Positions 49,080 through 54,578 of a DNA stretch of 54,578 nt are shown here, one piece after another. The notes beneath the pieces were generated by a model. That model did not search any database. It saw only the letters and a program-made list of their open reading frames with translations, and was not told the origin of the DNA. Source of the DNA: Candidatus Saccharimonadales bacterium. GTDB lineage: Bacteria > Patescibacteriota > Saccharimonadia > Saccharimonadales > JBGTLD01. Every line of letters begins with the position of its first letter. The stretch's first letter is position 1. Made by a program: the position numbers and the translations under genes. The stretch covers positions 1 through 54,578 of the forward strand of contig JBGTLD010000025.1 in assembly GCA_041744275.1 (NCBI GenBank). The letters run 5' to 3'.

Positions 49080-49780
49080 GTTCAAAACACACTCACCAAA
49101 TCAAAAATCATGACGAACACGGAACCATAGGGTCTTACGTTACTGGTTATGTGCTGTCATTGATATTCACAGCAATCCCATACTACATGGTGGTCAACCA
49201 AGTTATTACTGGCACTGCGCTACTAGCAGTTATTTTGGCTATTGGTGTTTTACAGATGATTATCCAAATAGTTTTCTTCCTGCACCTAGGAAGAGGCCCA
49301 AAACCGCTCTACAACATTGTATTCTTCATCTCAACCATAGGTATTATATTGCTGGTTGTTGTTGGCTCACTTTGGATCATGCACCATCTTAATAAAAATA
49401 TGACACCCAGAGAAATGTCTACAAAACTGATAGAAAAAGAGGGCATATACCAAATAAACGGTCAAAAAACAGGCGCATGTCAGGGTGTTCACACAAAACA
49501 CAAAGTGTTTATTAGTGATGGCAGGGTGAGTCCTTTGTATACTGCAGCTAATGTGTGTGACAGGTTGTTGTTTATTAATCAAGACGGTTCAACCCGTGAA
49601 ATAGTTTTCGGAGTGCATCCCCAGCAAGAAACATATGCCGGTGAGTACCTACTGAGTGTCAGCAGGGGACGAAGCAGAACTGTAATATTAGGCAAAGAAG
49701 GCACGTATCAGTTCTACGACCGCCTCGATCCCTCAATAAAAGGCGTCTTTACAGTGTTACCGAGCAATGGTGATGAATAA
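49076..49780 (+). CDS. cyoD: cytochrome o quinol oxidase subunit IV fused to a C-terminal cupredoxin-like domain
   Basis: ATGA overlap with the cyoC stop. Residues 1 to about 118 are CyoD-like (GSYVTGYVLSLIFTAIPYY, three TM helices). Residues about 119-234 form a beta-rich extension. Confidence 0.85.
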   Translation: MSSKHTHQIKNHDEHGTIGSYVTGYVLSLIFTAIPYYMVVNQVITGTALLAVILAIGVLQMIIQIVFFLHLGRGPKPLYNIVFFISTIGIILLVVVGSLWIMHHLNKNMTPREMSTKLIEKEGIYQINGQKTGACQGVHTKHKVFISDGRVSPLYTAANVCDRLLFINQDGSTREIVFGVHPQQETYAGEYLLSVSRGRSRTVILGKEGTYQFYDRLDPSIKGVFTVLPSNGDE

Positions 49781-49794
49781 GGCCTGATTTACTT

Positions 49795-50253
49795 ATGTCG
49801 CAAACAAAAAGCGTTAGTCACTCCGTATTCGTACCTGCCCCTCAGGCAGATGTTTTTATTGCTGTGACCAATTGGGGTACGCAAAGTAAGTGGATTCCAT
49901 TCACCAAGGTTCAAGGGGTTGGCAAAGATTCGCATGTACTACACGGTAAGCTGGAGGCCTACACGGGTATTGGCCGCATAGGTTTTCTAGACACCATGAC
50001 CATCACGAAGTGGGATCCACCACACCACTGCGAAGTTGTTCATACGGGTAAATTTGTAAAGGGGTCTGGTCTGTTTGAAGTTTCACCAAACGCAAAAGGA
50101 TCAACGTTTACATGGACAGAGCATTTCGAAATGCCTTCCGGAATACCAGGAAACATACTATGGGCTGTACTATGGCTGCCCACTAAGTTAGGTCTAATAT
50201 TATCGATACATACCTTCTCGCGGCGGTTTAAGAAAATAAGCCAAGTGTCATAA
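49795..50253 (+). CDS. SRPBCC (START/polyketide cyclase-like) family protein
   Basis: VFVPAPQADVFIAVTNWGTQSKWIPF.. pattern. 152 aa. Confidence 0.6.
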   Translation: MSQTKSVSHSVFVPAPQADVFIAVTNWGTQSKWIPFTKVQGVGKDSHVLHGKLEAYTGIGRIGFLDTMTITKWDPPHHCEVVHTGKFVKGSGLFEVSPNAKGSTFTWTEHFEMPSGIPGNILWAVLWLPTKLGLILSIHTFSRRFKKISQVS

Positions 50254-50292
50254 ATATAATAATCAAAGCAAGCCGTAGGGTGTGTTCAAGGT

Positions 50293-50323
50293 AAAAAAAG
50301 AGGCACATATTGTGCCTCTTTAA
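50293..50323. terminator. bidirectional intrinsic terminator
   Basis: AAAAAA-AGAGGCAC-atatt-GTGCCTCT-TT. Confidence 0.6.
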
Positions 50324-50593
50324 ATCTAGGGAAGACTCGCACCCACAGATGTGACCTACGAACTAACAAACTTCGAACTAAACTTACTAACTTGAGCGGT
50401 CACATATTGTCTAATGTGCTGTATCACTTGGTCTTCCATAACCAAAATATCAAACCAAATTACTGCTGTCAATATGTTTTTGAATAGAGGGGGTGATGTG
50501 ATCTAATATCTGGGGTGCAGCACAGGATTACTTTAGATTAACAAGGTGTTGAGCATGTGGTTAAGCCACATATTTTATGTGTCTCGATACGTA

Positions 50594-51535
50594 TTACTTT
50601 TCTACAATTGGAGAAATCTTTGTTCCGAAAATTTTTGATACTTCTTCGGTATAACTTGCAATATTGTCTTTGAAATAATGTGGGTAAGCCTTTTGAATTT
50701 GCGCAACGAGAAAGTATCCAACTGCCATCATCGAGCCATAGTCAGCTCCATCAGGAAGGGGGATATGTAGTCGGTTCTCCCGCTTACCCCACGTAGTATT
50801 TTCATTGCCGAAACTAATAAACAGTTCGTTGGATGGTGCAACGGTAGTTGCGTGCGCGACATATTCATCGGTTTCAACATCTCGAGCTATGTTTCGACCA
50901 AAGAGCTCAATAAACTTTACCTGTAGCATTCTAATAATTCCCGAGAACTTAGCTGGTACTATTAGGTAGTATTTGTCGAACGTAGAAAAATCGGGATATG
51001 CTGCCCCTAACATGGTATCTTCTATGAAGCGCTTTATCATAGTCGGGTCTTCACCTGTAGAGCCGAGTATCATCCCTAGATACGTCGATGTATTGTACGT
51101 GTAGGGTTCACGATTTTTAGGAAATACGAATGCATTGTTTTCTTGAGTGGCATCTAATTCACTGTGAGCTGGGGACTCTGGTGTGTTTGTAATGAGCGTA
51201 ACGCGTTTTCCAAGCTCACGAGATTTCTTAGCAATTATAGGAGCGTGTTTGCCACCGGATGCAGATATGAGCACCACTCCGTCAATACTCTCAATTGTCT
51301 TTAGCTTTTCTTCAAAGTTACTTTCAGAAGCAAATAATGCAGCTGTTTTTTCAAACATGATACGACCGGTTGCTTCGGCATTACCTGACCCGACAATTAA
51401 AGGGTGTTTGTAAGCCGATACATCGATTTTTGGCAGTTTGTTTTCCTGAAATAATTCTAACGCTCCAAGTACTACAACATCTAAATTTGGCAATGTGGTG
51501 ATGTCAAAAGTATCTAACTTATTCATAATATCCAT
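50594..51535 (-). CDS. SIS (sugar isomerase)-like domain protein, tentative
   Basis: IVGSGNAEATG.. and ..VVLISASGGKHAPIIAKKSRELGKRVTLITN resemble SIS phosphosugar-binding motifs. Confidence 0.45.
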   Translation of the reverse strand: MDIMNKLDTFDITTLPNLDVVVLGALELFQENKLPKIDVSAYKHPLIVGSGNAEATGRIMFEKTAALFASESNFEEKLKTIESIDGVVLISASGGKHAPIIAKKSRELGKRVTLITNTPESPAHSELDATQENNAFVFPKNREPYTYNTSTYLGMILGSTGEDPTMIKRFIEDTMLGAAYPDFSTFDKYYLIVPAKFSGIIRMLQVKFIELFGRNIARDVETDEYVAHATTVAPSNELFISFGNENTTWGKRENRLHIPLPDGADYGSMMAVGYFLVAQIQKAYPHYFKDNIASYTEEVSKIFGTKISPIVEK

Positions 51536-51660
51536 ACTTTCCTAACCCTTCCTGTGCTTAATAGTACATATATGACGTCAAATAACGTATCTTTAGGAGA
51601 CGCTTCTGCTTAATCAGAGTAGCACAGAGAAAGTGAATTAAGTGGAAAGTTATTGGAGGA

Positions 51661-51698
51661 ACGAATGATTGGTTGTCCTTAGTGTACGCTCTTCGCAA
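51661..51698 (+). repeat. cassette-junction repeat R1 (degenerate copy)
   Basis: ACGAATGATTGGTTGTCCTTAGTGTACGCTCTTCGCAA matches the R consensus at about 27 of 38 positions by eye. Confidence 0.55.
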
Positions 51699-51710
51699 AT
51701 TAATGCACCG

Positions 51711-52013
51711 TTAAGAGTGAATTTTCAAGGCTGCAATAATTAATATATCAACAATTAGCCAAAGTGCATTTGTAATTATCATAGGTGTGATCTTATGTAC
51801 AACGCCATAGGTAAAAAATAGGATCGCAAAAGCAGCAAAGCATATCCAGGATTAAAGAGATACACCAGCAACGTTTCCATTAAATACTTGTACTACCTGA
51901 GGAATGCCACTAAAGGGATACACAAAAGATGCTACAACTACAGTTTTATCGAAAAAATTAATGCGTTTCTTTTTGCTTATGTGAAAATGAAGTATGTGGT
52001 TGTGACGTGACAT
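51711..52013 (-). pseudogene. SemiSWEET / PQ-loop transporter interrupted by an in-frame TAA
   Basis: Translates as MSRHNHILHFHISKKKRINFFDKTVVVASFVYPFSGIPQVVQVFNGNVAGVSL*SWICFAAFAILFFTYGVVHKITPMIITNALWLIVDILIIAALKIHS. It has the PQ motif and three TM helices. The in-frame stop is at 51852-51854. Confidence 0.6.
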
Positions 52014-52073
52014 ATTTACTGCAAGTGTACACGCATATGCTTATAACTAAAAAACTTTTAAACACAAAACAAT

Positions 52074-52111
52074 GCTTATGCTTGGCTGCCCTTAGCGCAT
52101 GTACTTCGCAA
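52074..52111 (+). repeat. cassette-junction repeat R2
   Basis: GCTTATGCTTGGCTGCCCTTAGCGCATGTACTTCGCAA. Confidence 0.85.
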
Positions 52112-52187
52112 AAACATTATTCGAGCAGATGAATACTGTGATCAATCAGAATAAGTATATAATCACTATTTGAGATAGTTATATACT

Positions 52188-53294
52188 TCAGTCTTTGTTT
52201 CGCGAGTAGCTATACTTCACAGACTTTTCTAATTGCTCTTTTCTGATTTTTATTCCAAAATATGTAACTAGCATGAACATAAATGCTATCAGAATTCCGA
52301 TTATCATATTTCGGGAAGTGATGTCTGTAAAACTTGATAGGATCACAAAAACTGGTAACAAAGTAATAAAAATATCTCTAGGACTATAACGTTTTTTATA
52401 CTTTAATGAAATTCCATTACTATTGACCAATGAGTTTGCTTGTAATTCATTTTCAGAAGTAAAAATGTTTGAATCATTTAACTTACGGCCTATTTTATTA
52501 AGTAAATGCGATGTTGTTTCAAAGTAGGTTTCGTACCGCTCTTTTGATACAAGCGATTTTGGCCAATACAAATACAATTTATCTTTAATAATTTCAACAT
52601 CACATAAGTACGTACTTTCAAGTAAAGTAATCATCACATCTGGAGCGAGTACTGTTAACGCGCTAGTACTGTAGTTGTCAGGTGCATACAAATTAAAATA
52701 TTTATTAAAATCACCTTCAAGTTCTATCTTTTGGGACTCGTCAAAGTTAATCGGAAGTGTTGACAAGCCATCATTGCCAGTTTCTACTAATGAGTCAATA
52801 ACCATGTGCGGTAAATACCGCTTAAGTTCAACTTGCATAACTGCAATATTTTTATTTCTTGAATGCTTAAGATTAAAAAAAGTAAAAGCATATCCATCGA
52901 TTGATCCATGTACAGAGTGTGTTATCAATTGATCAGTAAAGTTCATAAATAATGAGCCGTTCAGTAAGATAGGATCAATTGTTGAAGGTTTTTGTAGTTC
53001 AAACGAATTATCAATTGAGAACTGACGTAATCCGTTATTAATACTCTTGTTGCGTTTGTATGATTGATAAAATCCAAAGCAGGTTAAGAGGGTGATGGGA
53101 ATGAAAGTAATAAACAAGAAATAAGCCCTTTGAGTAAACGAACCTACATCGACCATAATTACTAAGCATATGTACAATAGTAATAAAATAAGAGCGGCCA
53201 AAACGTTATTCCAACTAGCATCAAATATTTTTGATTTTGTATAAGGTAAATTATCGTAGTTGATGCCCAAGGCTTCGCCGTTAGTTTTTTCCAT
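52188..53294 (-). CDS. membrane protein, hypothetical (possibly DUF3137-like)
   Basis: Two N-terminal and two C-terminal TM helices. The central region FNKYFNLYAPDNYSTSALTVLAPDVMITLLE loosely resembles DUF3137. AT-rich. Confidence 0.55.
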   Translation of the reverse strand: MEKTNGEALGINYDNLPYTKSKIFDASWNNVLAALILLLLYICLVIMVDVGSFTQRAYFLFITFIPITLLTCFGFYQSYKRNKSINNGLRQFSIDNSFELQKPSTIDPILLNGSLFMNFTDQLITHSVHGSIDGYAFTFFNLKHSRNKNIAVMQVELKRYLPHMVIDSLVETGNDGLSTLPINFDESQKIELEGDFNKYFNLYAPDNYSTSALTVLAPDVMITLLESTYLCDVEIIKDKLYLYWPKSLVSKERYETYFETTSHLLNKIGRKLNDSNIFTSENELQANSLVNSNGISLKYKKRYSPRDIFITLLPVFVILSSFTDITSRNMIIGILIAFMFMLVTYFGIKIRKEQLEKSVKYSYSRNKD

Positions 53295-53341
53295 TATTAT
53301 TCAATTTTAAACCTGTAACGTCATTTTTTGCAAATAATACC

Positions 53342-53379
53342 GCTTATGTTTGGCTGCCCTTAGTGCATGTACTTCGCAA
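53342..53379 (+). repeat. cassette-junction repeat R3
   Basis: GCTTATGTTTGGCTGCCCTTAGTGCATGTACTTCGCAA. Confidence 0.85.
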
Positions 53380-53400
53380 CTCTCAGTTCAGTCTAAGTAA

Positions 53401-53874
53401 TCAATTTGTTCCTTCAAAATCTTGAAGAATTTTAAGATATTTCTTTTGTAAGTCGTCAGAGATTTGCGAGTGACGTAAAGGTTCCATCTCACCTTTATTC
53501 TCTACTATAGAATTGACTTCACCAAAATAAAAACCTTCAAGAGTCGCGACGAAAAGGTATGAAGGATTCCACGATTTAGCCATTCTTTTCCCATAACTTA
53601 AGGTAAATTTCGAATTCATGCGACGTAAGTACTTTACTTCGATAAGGTGGACTTTTTTAGTTTCTTGATTTATTACTGCAAAATCAGGGGCAGATCTTAA
53701 TGTCTCAATGACACCATTATCTTCTGGGTACCCATGCTGAACTAATTCAGGAATTATCTTTTCATATCCAAATTCTAGAACCGTAAAAGTCTTTGTCTCA
53801 CGGAGCATTTGAGCAAACACAGTTTCAGCTATCTTGCCTTTAACAAGATTTCGGGCAAATTCAAGGTTATTCAT
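53401..53874 (-). CDS. PD-(D/E)xK nuclease-fold protein
   Basis: GKIAETVFAQML.. helix, then ..APDFAVIN..KVHLIEVKY. The D and E-x-K spacing is typical of the restriction-endonuclease-like fold. Confidence 0.55.
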   Translation of the reverse strand: MNNLEFARNLVKGKIAETVFAQMLRETKTFTVLEFGYEKIIPELVQHGYPEDNGVIETLRSAPDFAVINQETKKVHLIEVKYLRRMNSKFTLSYGKRMAKSWNPSYLFVATLEGFYFGEVNSIVENKGEMEPLRHSQISDDLQKKYLKILQDFEGTN

Positions 53875-53902
53875 AAATGGATTGTATCATTTACTGTGAA
53901 AT

Positions 53903-53940
53903 GCTTATGCTTGGCTGCCCTTAGTGTCTGTACTTCGCAA
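53903..53940 (+). repeat. cassette-junction repeat R4
   Basis: GCTTATGCTTGGCTGCCCTTAGTGTCTGTACTTCGCAA. Confidence 0.85.
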
Positions 53941-53943
53941 CCT

Positions 53944-54393
53944 TTAGCTTCTCTGAAGCGTTATATTTGTAATTTCTTGACCCCGTTTATCAAATACAGA
54001 TCTTTCGTCGTTGCCTTCAAAAAAGCCTACAAGATACTCGCCTTTGTATAAACTTTCCCAGCTGGCAGTAAAGCCGTTTGTCTGCTTTTGAACTGGGTTT
54101 TGTTCGCGTGTAGTCCATTTTCCCGAGCCATGTAAGCTGAAGTTGACTGGCTCAACAAATGACCCGTCTGGGCTAATAGCGCTTAAGGTGCCCTTTGGCC
54201 AAGTGCCTTCCGGGTCTTCAATAATGAAAGTATAGTTCCATGCCTGTTCACCTGCCCCAGTAGTAATTGTTAGTATGTCACCAGCTTCAAGTTCAGATAA
54301 TCTGAGTTGCTCTAGTTGCTCACCGCTGCTTTGTAGTTGATCAATCATATGATTATAATCTCTTAGTTCATCTGTGGTTGCAAGCATAACCAA
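53944..54393 (-). CDS. hypothetical protein (about 147 aa)
   Basis: ORF; the likely start is the ATG at 54387 (MLATTDELRD..). No family recognised. Confidence 0.5.
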   Translation of the reverse strand: MVMLATTDELRDYNHMIDQLQSSGEQLEQLRLSELEAGDILTITTGAGEQAWNYTFIIEDPEGTWPKGTLSAISPDGSFVEPVNFSLHGSGKWTTREQNPVQKQTNGFTASWESLYKGEYLVGFFEGNDERSVFDKRGQEITNITLQRS

Positions 54394-54421
54394 ATAAGAT
54401 TCTTAATAGGGTTTCTATACT

Positions 54422-54453
54422 GCTTATGCTTGGCTGCCCTTAATGTCTGTACT
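54422..54453 (+). repeat. cassette-junction repeat R5 (3' end diverged)
   Basis: GCTTATGCTTGGCTGCCCTTAATGTCTGTACT, after which it diverges. Confidence 0.8.
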
Positions 54454-54578
54454 GAAACGATTAATTTAAAAGCTAAACACTTTACACACACTTGTAACCA
54501 TGAAATAGTATAAATATGAGCACCCACAAAAGTTCACCTGATCTAAATGATAATCAACCATGGCATGGAGAGCCAAGT

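Noticed and set aside
51661-54459. CRISPR array or classical integron as an explanation for the 38-bp repeats
   Set aside because: The repeats are 400-1270 bp apart with whole genes between them, so this is not CRISPR spacing. No IntI-type integrase or attI is in the window, and the repeat lacks an attC-style imperfect palindrome. I report it only as cassette-like.

Overview
The window looks like a compact bacterial chromosome segment with a Gram-positive-type or Patescibacteria/Saccharibacteria-like flavour. This placement is inference only, based on pilin-like N-termini, an LPXTG protein, a DUF5679-type mini-protein, short intergenic regions and many overlapping start/stop junctions. The standard genetic code applies. 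I support about 60 CDS, 3 tRNAs that all encode CCA (Cys-GCA, Leu-UAA, Ala-GGC), one pseudogene, several intrinsic terminators and a few sigma70-like promoters. I saw no rRNA, CRISPR array, transposase, integrase or phage genes. Housekeeping blocks are lemA-htpX-ligA, murF-like, leuS, rpmF, nusB-nudix-rnc and rpsP-KH-trmD. An oxygen-handling set comprises NiSOD sodN plus its protease sodX, NDH-2, an FAD oxidase, heme O synthase, yaaA, cyoABCD and two cupredoxin-type domains. The most interesting items are: (1) a five-gene translationally coupled operon (453-4188) ending in a SMODS/CD-NTase-like nucleotidyltransferase and a SLATT-like 2TM protein, with unusual partners; (2) a complete Nudix domain with an intact Nudix box inserted inside LeuS; (3) an AT-rich, cassette-like array at 51.6-54.5 kb where every gene is separated by a conserved 38-bp repeat, which runs off the window edge; (4) a tRNA-Cys with normal identity elements but a non-canonical T-loop; (5) CyoD fused to a ligand-less cupredoxin-like domain, plus a separate membrane-anchored blue-copper protein. 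All family assignments come from motifs read by eye and need profile or structure searches to confirm.
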